The notes: a model not told the origin generated them from the sequence alone. Shown: positions 20,261 to 31,999, numbered from the stretch's first letter. The stretch is 64,000 nucleotides of DNA from Candidatus Poribacteria bacterium (GCA_965242965.1 OZ251518.1:3104001-3168000); one strand, 5' to 3'. Program-made: numbers and translations.

Positions 20261-21374
20261 TCGCACCGACTCCGTCACGGTGATACTCAAAATCGCAAGA
20301 CTTGCATCGGTAGTTGCGATTCGTAGGTTTTCTGCGTTCGTCGCAGGCGGGACAGGTTTGCGATGTGTATGCCTCATTGCAGGAGACAACATCGATGCCC
20401 GCCGATTTGCATTTGTAGGTAATCAGTTGCACGAGTTTCGCAAACGGCCACTGATGCAACTTCTGATTTGCCTTCGCACCGTAATCCATGCGTTGGCGGA
20501 TACCTTTCAAATCGCCGATGACGACGGTACCGATACCACGGCGGATGCAAATGTCACGGAACTTCGATGTGTGCTTGTGAAGTGCATCCTGGATTTGTCT
20601 GTCAATGCGATGCAAGAACTTCCATTTCCGTTGAACTAATTTGCGGTACCGTGGCGAGAACCGTTTGCACAAAGCAATCAGAGATTGGAACTGCGAATAG
20701 ACCTTGTTTCTCAAGCGATATAGCGAGCGGATATAGCGTCCATTGAAAATCAGCGTCTCTTCACCGTCGTGGGTTACCATCGGGTGGATTTCGCCGAGGT
20801 CCACACCACAAATCTCATCACCGGGTGCATCAGGGCGTTCGTCATCAGTTTTGTAAACAATGTGCAGGCAGAACCTACCCTTGTTGTAGACTAAATCGAT
20901 TACAGCGATGTGTTCCGATTCGGAAACATCGAGGGCTTTTGGCAGCGGAATTTCCAGTGCTGGTCGACCTGCTCCCATCGAGAGAACAAGGCGTTTACCG
21001 AGTCGTTCGTCCTTCACACGAATTGCACTACGCAGCCACCGATGCGTGAGATACGTTTTACGTTTACGCGGTGGGCGTGCATCAGTGTATCCGTGAAACT
21101 TCAGTGTCCGATAGGAACGCCACGCCTGAAAATAGCGGCCGCTGACATACTGCACACTTTGTGAGTGCAGCGGATACTTCCCTTTGAGGCGGGTGTTCAT
21201 CCAACCGTGGCACTCTTTGCCGAAGTAAAAGTCACGGTGTGCATGTGGATAGCCACGCTGGTATTGATAGACATCCATCAAATCCAAACACGCATTCCAG
21301 ACTTCCGCGGTCGTGCGTGCAATCTGGGTATAGATGGGTTTGGATTCCAACTTGAGTTGCTTAGTGCGAAGCAT
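20157..21374 (-). CDS. tnpB: TnpB RNA-guided endonuclease
   Basis: RuvC-I GVDLGE, VVIGDL, NEAYTSQ, Zn finger CPAC...CKSC and RuvC-III HRDGVGAINI. Start is 21374 (MLRTK) or 21383. Confidence 0.93.
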   Translation of the reverse strand: MLRTKQLKLESKPIYTQIARTTAEVWNACLDLMDVYQYQRGYPHAHRDFYFGKECHGWMNTRLKGKYPLHSQSVQYVSGRYFQAWRSYRTLKFHGYTDARPPRKRKTYLTHRWLRSAIRVKDERLGKRLVLSMGAGRPALEIPLPKALDVSESEHIAVIDLVYNKGRFCLHIVYKTDDERPDAPGDEICGVDLGEIHPMVTHDGEETLIFNGRYIRSLYRLRNKVYSQFQSLIALCKRFSPRYRKLVQRKWKFLHRIDRQIQDALHKHTSKFRDICIRRGIGTVVIGDLKGIRQRMDYGAKANQKLHQWPFAKLVQLITYKCKSAGIDVVSCNEAYTSQTCPACDERRKPTNRNYRCKSCDFEYHRDGVGAINIRRKYLGQLAVPVAAAMIPPRGIRLETRLSSS

Positions 21375-21379
21375 GTGAG

Positions 21380-21711
21380 ACACCTTTCAGATTTTCGACG
21401 TATTGCTTCAGCACATCGAGTGTCACACCACCAGTGGAAGCGACGAACTTCGATCACGTCCACAAGCAGGGTCATCGCTTTTTCAATGCAGGGAATTCAT
21501 CACGAATAACCTTCGATGTGAATCCCTTGATTTTACCTCTCACTGATGTCACCGCCACGTTTGGCGGCACGGACATCAGCAAATGGAGATAGTCTGGCAT
21601 CACTTCTGAGTCTGGCATTTCTAGCCCCATCGTTAGGGTTCTGAACAGTAAGTATACCCTATTTGGAAGGCGAAAGCAAGTCTTTTTTTGATATCCCGCA
21701 GAATGTGCCAA
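21380..21711 (-). pseudogene. tnpA: IS200 TnpA (Y1 HUH transposase) pseudogene
   Basis: EVMPDYLHLLMSVPP...IKGFTSKVIRDEFPALKKR*PCLWT*SKFVASTGGVTLDVLKQYVENLKG: two in-frame TGA stops, first HUH His replaced by Tyr, degenerate N-terminus. Confidence 0.85.
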
Positions 21712-21940
21712 TTGCAGGGCAGTTGCGATTTCTACATCCCCAACCTAAAGTATGGGGATTTGAAATCGGGGCGTTCGTTAATAATTTTAACGATTTTTAA
21801 TGCGTTTGTCAAGTTTAAATTCAAAAAAAGAATAATGTGTGGGATTTAAGCGATTTTTTCGTTTTTTTTTTGGATTCGTTATGATTCAATCGCGGGGGAA
21901 ACCCGCTCGGATGCGCGTATGGCATCCGAGGGCCCCCGCG

Positions 21941-24637
21941 CTACGTGCTGGAGGTGTTCAGGAAATGTCGGATTACGTAATCCAAGATACCTCCGTGTTT
22001 GTAGTAGTCAACTTCGACTGGAGAGTCGATGCGGACTCGCACTTCCGTTGAGACTGCCTCGCCGTTGGTGCGGACGATGTCCAACTTCGCCATCTGCCCG
22101 GGTTGCAAGTCAGCGGCGAAGCCGGTGATGCTGATGCGTTCGCTGCCGTCAAGGTTGAGCGTCTGCGCGTTTTCTCCCGGTTTGAACTGCAACGGCAGAA
22201 TGCCCATGCCGATGAGATTGCTCCGATGAATACGCTCATAACTTTCAACGACAACGGCTCTGACACCGAGCAACTTCGGTCCTTTTGCTGCCCAGTCGCG
22301 GGAGCTGCCCATGCCGTAATCCTTGCCGGCAAAGATGACGGTAGGCACGCCGTTTTCCCTGTAGTGGTTTGCGGCTTCATAAATCGTCGTCTGCTCGCCT
22401 TCGGGATAGCGACGTGTGAATCCGCCTTCCACATCGGGAGTCATGAGGTTTCGGACACGTCGGTTGGCAAACGTGCCGCGGCTCATCACCCTGTCATTGC
22501 CGCGTCGCGCGCCGTAGGTATTGAAATCGCGAGGCTCCACGCCGTTTTCTTGGAGGTATTCGCCTGCGGGGCTCGCTGCGGCGATGGCACCAGCGGGTGA
22601 AATGTGGTCCGTCGTGACAGAGTCGCCGAAGATGCCGAGGATACGTGCGTCAACGACATCTGAAATCGGCGCGGGTTCACGCGAAAATTCATCGAAAAAC
22701 GGCGGATGCTGGACGTAGGTGCTTTTTTCGTTCCACGGGTAGAGCACACCGCTCGCGCCGGTGAGCGCGTCCCACTCTGGGGCTTGCGCGCCGATTTGCT
22801 CATACATCTTGCGGAACGTCTTCCTGTCAACGGCACTGCGAATCATATCGGCGATTTCTTGGCGCGTCGGCCAGATCTCGTGGAGGTAAACCGCCTCGCC
22901 TTTGTCATTGTGGCCGAGGGGTTCGGTGGCTAAGTCAATGTCAATCCTCCCTGCGATGCCGTAGGCGACGACGAGCGGTGGTGACATCAGGAAGTTCGCT
23001 TTGATTTCCGGATGCACGCGCGCCTCGAAGTTCCGATTGCCACTCAGCACACTGGCAGTGACAAGATTCTCTGCGTCAAGAGCTGCTTGCACTTCTTCGT
23101 TGAGCGGCCCGCTGTTCCCGATGCAGGTGGTGCATCCGTAGCCGACGATGTTGTAGCCGAGTTTCTCCATATAACGCAGCAAGCCGGTGTTCTGCAGATA
23201 TTCTGTCACGACGCGCGAACCGGGGGCGAGGCTGGTTTTGACGTAATCGGGGACGCGCAGCCCTTTCTCCACCGCTTTTTTGGCGAGGAGTCCCGCGCCT
23301 ATCATCACGGATGGGTTGCTGGTGTTGGTGCAGCTCGTAATCGCAGAGATGACGACGGAGCCGTGCGTGATGTCGTTAGTGTCGGTTTTGGCATCGTCGG
23401 TTTCAGGAATGCCGAATCCGCCATCGGCAGTTGGGCGGGTGAGGAGTTCGCCGAACGTTCGCTTCACGTCCGACAAAGCAATCCTGTCTTGGGGCCGCCT
23501 TGGTCCGGCGATACTCGGTTCAATGTCGGCTAAGTCAATTTCCAGCACATCCGAATAGCGGACTTCGCCGATGCGGGGGATACCGAAGATGCCCTGCGCT
23601 TTGAGGTATGCCTCCACTAACGCGACGTGTGTTTCATCGCGTCCAGTCAGGCGTAAGTAGTTGATTGTCTCGGCATCGGGTGGGAAGAAGCCGATGGTTG
23701 CGCCGTATTCGGGGCACATATTAGAGAGCGTCGCCCTGTCTGGGAGAGAGAGAGCCTCTACGCCTGCGCCGAAGAATTCGACGAACTTATCGACAACTTC
23801 AGCGTTTCTAAGCCGTTGCGTTACCGTTAAAACCAGGTCCGTCGCGGTAACGCCGTCTTGAAGTTCGCCTTTGAGATGCACGCCGAGGACTTCGGGAGTG
23901 AGGATGTAGACAGGTTGTCCGAGCATGGCGGCTTCCGCCTCAATACCGCCGACACCCCATCCGACGATGCCGAGGCCGTTAATCATCGTGGTATGCGAAT
24001 CGGTGCCGACGACGGTATCGGGATAGGCGATGCCTTCTTCTGTCATCACGACTTGCGCGAGGTATTCGAGATTTACCTGATGGACGATGCCGATGGAAGG
24101 CGGGATGATGTTGAATTTTCCAAACGCCTGCTGTCCCCATTTGAGGAATTCATACCGTTCTTTGTTGCGTTCAAATTCGCGGCGGGTATTGAATTGAAAG
24201 GCGTTTTCGGTGCCGTAAGCGTCCACTTGAACGGAATGATCTACGACTAAATCAACGGGCACTAGGGGTTCTACCTTGCTGGCATCGCCGCCGAGTGTTG
24301 CGACGGCGGAGCGCATGGCGGCGATGTCAACGACAAGCGGCACGCCGGTGAAATCTTGTGCGATGACGCGCGCCGGTTTGAACGGAATCTCCGCTGATTT
24401 AGGTGATTCGGCATCCCAATTTGCCAAGTTGACAATGTCTTCCTCGGCGATTTGGTGGCCGTCGTAATTCCGCAACAACGACTCTAGGAGGATGCGGAGG
24501 CTGACAGGCAAGGTGGCGATGGAGCCGATGCCGGCTTCTGTTAATGCAGGCAGTGCGTAATAGTTGCACGCGAGCCCATTTTTCTCAAGTTCAAGGGTTC
24601 GGCGTGCGTTGAAGAGGTTATGAGCGCGTTGGGACAT
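21941..24637 (-). CDS. acnA: Aconitate hydratase A
   Basis: [69 protein letters not shown]; start MSQRAH after AGGAG. Confidence 0.96.
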   Translation of the reverse strand: MSQRAHNLFNARRTLELEKNGLACNYYALPALTEAGIGSIATLPVSLRILLESLLRNYDGHQIAEEDIVNLANWDAESPKSAEIPFKPARVIAQDFTGVPLVVDIAAMRSAVATLGGDASKVEPLVPVDLVVDHSVQVDAYGTENAFQFNTRREFERNKERYEFLKWGQQAFGKFNIIPPSIGIVHQVNLEYLAQVVMTEEGIAYPDTVVGTDSHTTMINGLGIVGWGVGGIEAEAAMLGQPVYILTPEVLGVHLKGELQDGVTATDLVLTVTQRLRNAEVVDKFVEFFGAGVEALSLPDRATLSNMCPEYGATIGFFPPDAETINYLRLTGRDETHVALVEAYLKAQGIFGIPRIGEVRYSDVLEIDLADIEPSIAGPRRPQDRIALSDVKRTFGELLTRPTADGGFGIPETDDAKTDTNDITHGSVVISAITSCTNTSNPSVMIGAGLLAKKAVEKGLRVPDYVKTSLAPGSRVVTEYLQNTGLLRYMEKLGYNIVGYGCTTCIGNSGPLNEEVQAALDAENLVTASVLSGNRNFEARVHPEIKANFLMSPPLVVAYGIAGRIDIDLATEPLGHNDKGEAVYLHEIWPTRQEIADMIRSAVDRKTFRKMYEQIGAQAPEWDALTGASGVLYPWNEKSTYVQHPPFFDEFSREPAPISDVVDARILGIFGDSVTTDHISPAGAIAAASPAGEYLQENGVEPRDFNTYGARRGNDRVMSRGTFANRRVRNLMTPDVEGGFTRRYPEGEQTTIYEAANHYRENGVPTVIFAGKDYGMGSSRDWAAKGPKLLGVRAVVVESYERIHRSNLIGMGILPLQFKPGENAQTLNLDGSERISITGFAADLQPGQMAKLDIVRTNGEAVSTEVRVRIDSPVEVDYYKHGGILDYVIRHFLNTSST

Positions 24638-24653
24638 GATTTCTCCTATGAAT

Positions 24654-26903
24654 TTAATTTTGTTGCATCTTCGCCAGTTTATTGAGTTGCTGGCGCGCGT
24701 AGAGGGTGATAACATCCTCTGGATAGTCGGTAATCAGCGTCGTATAGGTAGCGATGGCGTTCGCGAAATCGGTTTGCTGCTGGTAAATCTCGGCGATGTG
24801 CATCAGAGCCTTCGTTGCGAGCGCGGTTTCTGTCTCAAGAATTTTTTGATACGCCGTTATCGCCGCTGTCGCTTTGCCTGCCTCACGATAAATGTCGCCG
24901 AGGAGGAGCCAGATATCGTCAACGATGAGTGCTTGCGCGTGTGTTGTCAGCGTTAGTTCGCATTGTTGGACAGCGGCATTGGTGTTGCCGCTTCGGTAAA
25001 GCCGTTCCGCTGTGGCATAGTCAGTGAGCGGTATTTTGAAGTAATCGGGGTGACTCTGAATCAGGACAACCCGTTCGAGCGCGTCGTTCGTGAGCCGGTC
25101 TGACGTTGAAGCGCGTATGGCATGCGTGTATGCTTCTTCCGCTTTCTCAAAGTCGGCGGCGAAGAAATAGGCATCGCCGATGAGTTTTTGCGCTGAGGCT
25201 TTGAAACGGTTTGCGCTTTCCACGATGGGTGTGAGCACCGCCTGCGCTTCGGTATATCGTTCCAAGAGGAGATGGCATTCTGCCACGCCGAGTTGCGCCT
25301 CTATCAGTTGACTGCCCGGTAATCGTCTGGAGAGCAGCCTTTGGAATGTGAGATAAGCCTCTTCTGGTTTGCGGAGTCCGTGCAGCTGCATTTGCGCGAG
25401 GAGCAGTTGGGTTTCGGTGGCATTTGCCCCGGGTAGCGTTTTGTTTGTTTCAGCGGTTAAAAGTTCAACGGCATCGTGCCATCGTTCCGTTTTATGATAG
25501 AGCCGCGCGAGTTTTCGCTGCGCTTCGCCGCGCCGCGCGTTATCCGTGGTGACGTGCATCAGCGTCTGATAGAAGTTTACCGCTGCTGGGGCTCCGTTAC
25601 GTTCTAAGACGCTTGCATATTTCTCAAGCGTGATGTCAATGTAAGCCGGATGCCGTGCATGGAGTTGCGTGAACGTCTCCAATGCCTTTTGGTGTTGTCC
25701 ATCATAAAAGCGGAGTTCCGCCAACGTGAGGGTGATATGCGCGTTTGTCGGTTGACGTTGCAACTCCTTTTGCGTTTGGGCAATGAGTTTCGTCATCAGC
25801 GGTTTCTGTGAGGGATTGTCGTAGATGTCCTGCATCTCGGATAGAATCGCGTCGCGTTCATAATGCGTCATGCCGACATTTTGCAGTGCCTGCAGGTATA
25901 CCGTCCCTGCCTTTTCAAGTTGCGCTTGGATTTTGTAAGCGGCGGCGAGTTGCGTGTAGAGGTATCCCTTTTTCGGGTTGAACCGAATTGCCTGTCGATA
26001 GGCGGCAATCGCCTCCGGGTACATCTTATGCGAGAGATAGAGCGCGCCGAGTTCCTGCTGTCTGTTTGCGCTGTTTGTTTCGTTGGCTACCAATTTTTTC
26101 CATTCTGCCACTGCCTGTTTAGTTTTGCCGAGTTCGACGTAGAGCGTGCCGAGTTTTCGGCGGAGGCTGGTATTCCCCGGATTCTGTTCCAACGCGTTGC
26201 GGTAGAGTTCTAATGCTTTCGGCTGCGCGCCTTGCTGTTGATAAAGTGCCGCCAACTTTTCTAACAACGTGACATCCCCCGGATTCCTCTCCAGTTGCTC
26301 GGCGATGAGTTTCTCAGCCGCTGCGTAACGTTTGTTCTCAATGTAGAGTTGGATGAGGCTATTCACCGCCGAGAACGCGTAAGGCGACTGCGGGAAGGTG
26401 TCCAAGAAATACCGATAGCTGTCCATCGCATCTTCGTGTTGTCCGGCGTTGTATTCATATTGCCCGACGAGGTATGCGGCGGTAGCGGCGGCAGGGGTGC
26501 TAGGGTGCTGCTTGAGTATTTGCTTGCAGTGCAGAATCGCCTCCCGGAATTGGTATCGTTGCAGATAGAGATTGCCGAGTCGGTGCACGGCTTGCGTTGC
26601 GTAGGTGCCGTTCGGATGTTCGTCGATAATCGCCTTAAAGACGCGGTGTGCATCTGCATCGTCGCCGAGTTTTGCGTAACTCTGTCCGAGCATCAGGCGG
26701 ATGTTGTCGCGTTGGTGTTGCTGCAGTTCAGTTTCAAGGAGTGCCTGATATGCCTGCACGGCTTCCACGTATCGGCGTTCGTGGAAGAGTTCGTGTGCTG
26801 CTTCAATTGCATCTAAAGCGAATGCCGGCGCGGCACAGAGAGCGATGGTTGCTATCGCGAGTGCTGCGTTGTGCCACATCCACATTGGGAACGATTTTTT
26901 CAT
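24654..26903 (-). CDS. Secreted tetratricopeptide-repeat protein
   Basis: Signal peptide (…APAFA) followed by many TPR motifs (A..LG..Y...G..A...Y...L...P). Confidence 0.85.
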   Translation of the reverse strand: MKKSFPMWMWHNAALAIATIALCAAPAFALDAIEAAHELFHERRYVEAVQAYQALLETELQQHQRDNIRLMLGQSYAKLGDDADAHRVFKAIIDEHPNGTYATQAVHRLGNLYLQRYQFREAILHCKQILKQHPSTPAAATAAYLVGQYEYNAGQHEDAMDSYRYFLDTFPQSPYAFSAVNSLIQLYIENKRYAAAEKLIAEQLERNPGDVTLLEKLAALYQQQGAQPKALELYRNALEQNPGNTSLRRKLGTLYVELGKTKQAVAEWKKLVANETNSANRQQELGALYLSHKMYPEAIAAYRQAIRFNPKKGYLYTQLAAAYKIQAQLEKAGTVYLQALQNVGMTHYERDAILSEMQDIYDNPSQKPLMTKLIAQTQKELQRQPTNAHITLTLAELRFYDGQHQKALETFTQLHARHPAYIDITLEKYASVLERNGAPAAVNFYQTLMHVTTDNARRGEAQRKLARLYHKTERWHDAVELLTAETNKTLPGANATETQLLLAQMQLHGLRKPEEAYLTFQRLLSRRLPGSQLIEAQLGVAECHLLLERYTEAQAVLTPIVESANRFKASAQKLIGDAYFFAADFEKAEEAYTHAIRASTSDRLTNDALERVVLIQSHPDYFKIPLTDYATAERLYRSGNTNAAVQQCELTLTTHAQALIVDDIWLLLGDIYREAGKATAAITAYQKILETETALATKALMHIAEIYQQQTDFANAIATYTTLITDYPEDVITLYARQQLNKLAKMQQN

Positions 26904-26912
26904 GGGGTTCTC

Positions 26913-27701
26913 CTAGACGCGCTCAATAAATTTTTCAAGGACGAGCGCAAAAGTCTCGCCGAGTTCCTTGTGCCGGCCGCTGAGTTCAGCGTAGACGGTT
27001 TTGAGAGCACCGTGGTCCTTCTGGATAGTATCCAATCGCACGTGGAGCGTGGAGATTTCCTGTTGCGCGTTGAGTTCGCGTTCTTGCGCTTCCCGTTGCG
27101 CGGCGGCGAACTTCTGCTGAAGTGTGAGATTGCGTTGTTGCTCGCCAGCGAGCTTAGCTTGCGTATCGGCCAGTTCCTCTTTCAGCGTTGCGATTTCGGC
27201 TTGCGCGGCGGCAAGTTCTGCTTTCACCGCGGTGAGTTCGGCTTGCGCCGTTGCGAGTTTGGCTTGTGCGGCGGCAAGTTCTTCTCTCGCCGTTGCGAGT
27301 TCGGTTTGCGCCGTTCGTGTGGCGGTGAGCTCCTGTTGTGTCGCACCGAGCTCCTGTTGTGCGGCGGCAAGTTCCTGCTGGAGCGCGTGATGCCGACGTT
27401 CGGCGAAGGCTTGGAAGTTTTTAAATTCCTGTTGCAGTGCCTTGTGTGCCTCCCGTAGCGCGTTGTGCTCTTCCTGCATCGCGGTGTGTGCCTCTAGCAA
27501 GGCACTGTATTTTTGCAGAAGGGTGCCCTGTTCCTCTCGGAGGGTATCGTGTCCCGCTCGGAGGGTGTCGTAGCCCTCTTGCATCGCGTCAAATCGTTTT
27601 TCAAGGGATTTTTGCGCCCGCCAGAGACGCGTCCAGGCAAAGATACCGATGCCTAATATACTAATATCAATTAAAGTGAAAGCGAAAAGGTTAAAATCCA
27701 T
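26913..27701 (-). CDS. Membrane-anchored coiled-coil protein with 7-aa repeats
   Basis: N-terminal TM followed by QQELAAA/QAELTAV heptads. It has its own promoter (TTGACA-17-TATACT at 27759-27787) and an AAGGAG RBS. Confidence 0.75.
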   Translation of the reverse strand: MDFNLFAFTLIDISILGIGIFAWTRLWRAQKSLEKRFDAMQEGYDTLRAGHDTLREEQGTLLQKYSALLEAHTAMQEEHNALREAHKALQQEFKNFQAFAERRHHALQQELAAAQQELGATQQELTATRTAQTELATAREELAAAQAKLATAQAELTAVKAELAAAQAEIATLKEELADTQAKLAGEQQRNLTLQQKFAAAQREAQERELNAQQEISTLHVRLDTIQKDHGALKTVYAELSGRHKELGETFALVLEKFIERV

Positions 27702-27793
27702 TTCATTCTCCTTGCGATGTTACGTCTCGCCTTAAGCGTGTTAGGGTTCTATTTTTAAAGTATAACATTTTCACAGATAGATGTCAAGCTATT

Positions 27794-30700
27794 TTAGCGG
27801 CATAACGCAACTATCGCCGCAAGCGGCTGCGTCTCCGTAGTCGATTTGCATTTTTCGACTGCTTCATTACCGAGTTGTTCGCGGAGTTCCGTAATGGCAT
27901 GCTGCACTGCGCGCGCGTTTAAGTTACGCGCCGCATCGGTTTCAGTGTAGAGACGCTCGGCGGTGAGAAAAAGTAATAGACTTCGCTCAAAATCCCCCTC
28001 TGTCCGAGACAGCCGCCCGAATTGATAGAGGGAATCAGCAATCTCGCGGGAGTGTCCACTTTCTTGTCGGAGCTGCAGGCTTTCGGTGTAATAGTGCCGC
28101 GCGTCGTCAATTTTGCCCTGCCGTAGCGCGATTTTGCCGAGACTATCCAGCAGATAGGGGATGTTCGTCGTGGCGGCAGATTGCGCGACTTCCCGCGCCA
28201 CCTGCAGGCTTTCGGTGTAGTAGCGCGCCGCATCGGTATCGTTGCCTTGCTGATACGCAATCAACCCTAAATGACTCAACGAATAGGAGATGCCCTGTTT
28301 ATCGCCCAATTCGCGCTGCATCGCCAAACTCTCCGTGTGATAATTGACAGACTCCGCATACTCGCCTTGGCGATACGCAATCAATCCGAGGTGGTTGAGC
28401 GATGTCGCGATGCCGCGCTTATCGGCGAGCTCGCGGCGGATTTCAAGGCTTTCGGTATGGTAACGCTTCGCCGCCTCATGTTCGCCTTGCTGATTCACCG
28501 TTTTTCCCAGATTGTTGAGCGAATAGGCGATGCCGCGTTTATCCCCCAATTCGCGCGCTAGTTGAAGACTTTCTGTGTAAAGTTGTTGCGCAGCCTCATA
28601 TCGGCGGTGGATGTATGCCGTGAGTCCGAGGTTATCTAACGCGTAAGCGATGAGCCATTTATCGCCGAGTGCCTTCGCGATGGCAAGACTCTCCTCGAAA
28701 TGCGCGTCTGCCTCTTCGGGTGTGCCCTGATACCGCGCAATAATGCCGAGAAGGTTCAACGCTGTGGCAATACCGTGACGATGCCCAGACGTTCGGAATA
28801 GTTGTAACCCCTCTTCGCACAATGCCCTCGCCGTTTCGCACTGCTGTTGGGTGTTATAGAATTTTGCGAGGGAGACGAGGACGTGCGCTAAGGTGTCTTC
28901 CAATTGTTCAGGAAGCGATGCCAAAGCGGTTTTTGCTTGTTGCAGCCACGTTACGCCTTCACCCCACAGCCCACGGACATAGAAAAACTGCGTGAGTGCC
29001 ACGGCGAATTCGCTGAACAGGTGCCACGCCTCGCTAGCGGTAAGGAATGCCATCGCGGCGCGGAAGTTATCCAATTCTAGTGCCATCTCCGACAGCGCGG
29101 CTGTCTGTTCCGCGCCCTGCAGTTTTTCGTCTAATGCCTGTGCAAGCGCGAGATAATACCGCGCATGCGCCTCGCGGAACGCATCGGTGGCATCTTGTTT
29201 CTCACGCAGGTAGAGTTGCAACGGGACGGAGAGGCGATACCGGGTGCCTGTCGTGATGAGCAACGATTTGTCGTGTAAACTGAAGATTAAGTCCAGTGTG
29301 TTAGAGGAAGCGGAGTTACCCTCGTCTACCGAAGGCGAACAGATGGCTTCTGCTGCTTCTAACGAAAATCCGCCGGAAAAGTGAGATAACTGCCCCAGTA
29401 ACCGCTGTTCCTCCGCCGATAAAAGTCCGAAGGACCAGGACATCACCGCCCTCAGCGTCTGGTGGCGCGCCGGCACATCCTGATTCGGCGTGGAAAGGAA
29501 TGCCAGTTGCGTTGAAAGCCGACTTAAGATGTTTTGCGGTGTCATCCCGCGCACGCGCGCCGCGGCGAGCTCAATCGCTAGGGAAAGCCCATCCAGCGCA
29601 CGGCAGATAGCACCGATGGCATCTGCATTTTCTGCCGTTAACTTAAACTGTGGTGAAACCGCCTTCGCCCGCGCGAGGAAGAGTTGCACGCTCTCTGATT
29701 CCTGAAGCACTTCACATGCCGCGTCCTCAGAAGGCACCGATAACGGCGGCACCCTGAACGTTTGTTCTCCAGAAATTTGCAACACATGCCGCGAAGTGAC
29801 GAGGCATTGCACCTTCGGACAACTGCGCAGGAGCGTGTTGACTGGCATGGCGGCTTCCATCAGATGCTCAAAGTTGTCTAATACGAGTAGGAGTTCCTTT
29901 TCGGCGAGATATGCAACCACCTGCTGCATCACGTCGTGTGACGTTTTGAGGGGGATGGCGAGGGCAGCGGCTATTTCCGTAAGCATCAAGTCCGGTGATA
30001 CCAGAGCAGCGAGGGGAATAAACCATACGCCGTTACGGTAATGTTCGAGCAATTCCGCTGCGCTATGAAGAGCGAGCCGCGTTTTGCCAATGCCGCCCGC
30101 ACCGGTTAGTGTCAGGAGCCGCGTCTCTTCCGTAGTAAAATACCGCACAATCTCGGCGACTTCGGCTCCCCTGCCGATAAAACTGGACAGCGGAGTTGGC
30201 AGGTTATTCGGTAGCGTGTCAACTGTTTTGAGGCGCGGAAACTGGGCTGCCTCGGCGATACACACCTGAAAGATGCGTTCCGGATGCGATAGATTCTTGA
30301 GGCGGTGTTCGCCTAAATCGCGGAAGCTGCCTCTCGGAAAGTGTGCCTTGACAAGTTCGTGCGTTGCGGCGGAGAGCAGTATCTGTCCGCCGTGTCCGGC
30401 ATCGGTGATGCGTTTGGTAAGGTTCGCGGGCATCCCCTGAATTTCACGGTGTTTGCCATCTCCGAGGAAAATCAGTTCGCCGGTGTGAATGCCGATACGC
30501 ACCTTTACCTTGCCGACGGCTTCGGGCCAGGGATGTACTTCAAGTGCTTCCTGCACATCAACGGCGCATTGGACAGCGGCACTGCCGGTATCGAAGAGAA
30601 AAGAGAAGGCATCGCCTTCATTGCCGAGTTCTTGTCCGTTCCACTCGGCTGCGGCTGTCTGCAAAATCGCTTTGTGTGCGGCGAGGACATCCAAGACGAC

Positions 30701-30826
30701 TGCCTCCGGGTGGTGTTCCCAGAGCAGCGTTGAACCCTCCATGTCGGTAAACATGAGGGTGCAGGTGCGGCTTTGCGGCTGTGGGGGCAAGTTGCGTTCT
30801 GACACGAAATTATCCTGCGGAAACAA
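27794..30826 (-). CDS. Class III adenylate/guanylate cyclase - STAND (NB-ARC-like) ATPase - TPR protein
   Basis: FTDMEGST and GDAF cyclase motifs, P-loop GAGGIGKT, Walker B LLVLDNFEH, GLSLAIELAA and 40-aa TPRs. Confidence 0.9.
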   Translation of the reverse strand: MFPQDNFVSERNLPPQPQSRTCTLMFTDMEGSTLLWEHHPEAVVLDVLAAHKAILQTAAAEWNGQELGNEGDAFSFLFDTGSAAVQCAVDVQEALEVHPWPEAVGKVKVRIGIHTGELIFLGDGKHREIQGMPANLTKRITDAGHGGQILLSAATHELVKAHFPRGSFRDLGEHRLKNLSHPERIFQVCIAEAAQFPRLKTVDTLPNNLPTPLSSFIGRGAEVAEIVRYFTTEETRLLTLTGAGGIGKTRLALHSAAELLEHYRNGVWFIPLAALVSPDLMLTEIAAALAIPLKTSHDVMQQVVAYLAEKELLLVLDNFEHLMEAAMPVNTLLRSCPKVQCLVTSRHVLQISGEQTFRVPPLSVPSEDAACEVLQESESVQLFLARAKAVSPQFKLTAENADAIGAICRALDGLSLAIELAAARVRGMTPQNILSRLSTQLAFLSTPNQDVPARHQTLRAVMSWSFGLLSAEEQRLLGQLSHFSGGFSLEAAEAICSPSVDEGNSASSNTLDLIFSLHDKSLLITTGTRYRLSVPLQLYLREKQDATDAFREAHARYYLALAQALDEKLQGAEQTAALSEMALELDNFRAAMAFLTASEAWHLFSEFAVALTQFFYVRGLWGEGVTWLQQAKTALASLPEQLEDTLAHVLVSLAKFYNTQQQCETARALCEEGLQLFRTSGHRHGIATALNLLGIIARYQGTPEEADAHFEESLAIAKALGDKWLIAYALDNLGLTAYIHRRYEAAQQLYTESLQLARELGDKRGIAYSLNNLGKTVNQQGEHEAAKRYHTESLEIRRELADKRGIATSLNHLGLIAYRQGEYAESVNYHTESLAMQRELGDKQGISYSLSHLGLIAYQQGNDTDAARYYTESLQVAREVAQSAATTNIPYLLDSLGKIALRQGKIDDARHYYTESLQLRQESGHSREIADSLYQFGRLSRTEGDFERSLLLFLTAERLYTETDAARNLNARAVQHAITELREQLGNEAVEKCKSTTETQPLAAIVALCR

Positions 30827-31982
30827 TCAAACCGACTAGCAGTGCCATGCCGTAAACCATGCAGGTTTCGTCAATATCAAACTGCGGATGATGGCACATA
30901 TTGACGATGCCTTTCTGTTCATTTCCCGCGCCTACCATGATGAAACAGGCTGGAATTTCCTGCGAATAGCAGCCGAAATCCTCGCCGCCGAGCACCGGGG
31001 GCATCGGGAAAACGATGTTATCTGCTCCAACTAACTGGCGCGCAGCTGACAGTGCAGCGGTTACACACGGTTCATGGTTGTAGGTGACAGGGCATCCTTC
31101 CTGATAGGCGAATGTGTATGTGGCGTTGTGTGCCGCTGTCAACCCAGCGAGGCGGTTCTCTAGTTCTGCTTTGACGCGCGTCTGCACGCTCTTTTGCAGC
31201 GTGCGCACAGTCCCCCCGATTTGCACGGAGGCAGGGATGACGTTCTTAGCATCGCCGCCGTGGAATTGCGTCACGCTGACGACTGCGGCATCCAGCGGAT
31301 TCACGTTCCGTGCGACGATGGATTGCACCGCCGTGACAAACTGCGCGCCGATAACCACCGAATCCACGGTGAGATGCGGGAACGCGGCATGCCCACCTTT
31401 GCCGGTGAGTGTTATCTCGAAGATATCCGATTGCGCCAGCATCGGGCCGGTGCAAGTAGCATAGTGCCCGACAGGAAAGAGCGGAAAAACGTGGAGTCCG
31501 TATATTTCGTCCACGTCTTCCAGCACACCGTCTGCCATCATCGCTGTCGCGCCGCCGGGGAATACCTCCTCGCTCGGTTGGAAAACGAATCTGACGTGTG
31601 CTTGGAGTTGGTTTCTGAAGTGTGAGAGAATTCTCGCCGCGCCGATGAGCATCGCCGTGTGCGCGTCGTGTCCACAGAGATGCGCCTTGCCATCGAACTT
31701 TGATTTGTAAGGTTTCTCAGTGTGTTCCTGAATTGGCAGCGCGTCCATATCTGCGCGGAGGGCAATCCGTTTGGTTGCGCCCGGCACTTCCAAATCGCCG
31801 ACGACACCTGTCCTGCCGATACCGGTTCTCACGGGTATATCAAGCGCGCGCAGGGCATCCGCTGCGATACCCGCCGTGCGTTCCACGTCAAATCCCAATT
31901 CGGGGTGCTGATGAATATCGCGTCTGATGGCGACAATGTCATTGAAATGGCGGTTGCACTGTTCAAAGATGCGTTTTTTCAT
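30810..31982 (-). CDS. M20D family amidohydrolase
   Basis: HQHPELGF, RADMDALP, HLCGHDAH, FQPSEE, GGHAAFPH, GEDF, HHPQFD. Confidence 0.92.
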   Translation of the reverse strand: MKKRIFEQCNRHFNDIVAIRRDIHQHPELGFDVERTAGIAADALRALDIPVRTGIGRTGVVGDLEVPGATKRIALRADMDALPIQEHTEKPYKSKFDGKAHLCGHDAHTAMLIGAARILSHFRNQLQAHVRFVFQPSEEVFPGGATAMMADGVLEDVDEIYGLHVFPLFPVGHYATCTGPMLAQSDIFEITLTGKGGHAAFPHLTVDSVVIGAQFVTAVQSIVARNVNPLDAAVVSVTQFHGGDAKNVIPASVQIGGTVRTLQKSVQTRVKAELENRLAGLTAAHNATYTFAYQEGCPVTYNHEPCVTAALSAARQLVGADNIVFPMPPVLGGEDFGCYSQEIPACFIMVGAGNEQKGIVNMCHHPQFDIDETCMVYGMALLVGLIVSAG

Positions 31983-31999
31983 AATAGCAGTTCCGTGTT

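Larger units (their letters stand above)
20094..21790 (-). mobile_element. IS200/IS605-family element (tnpA pseudogene + tnpB)
   Basis: Subterminal hairpins atccccagccttcaggctgtggggag (right end, followed by TATCAA ending at 20094) and atccccatactttaggttggggat (left end, about 21736-21759). Left boundary is approximate. Confidence 0.85.

Noticed and set aside
21380-21480. TGA read-through or recoding in tnpA
   Set aside because: TGA is used as a normal stop in many genes here, and tnpA also has a broken HUH motif and N-terminus, so this is a pseudogene.
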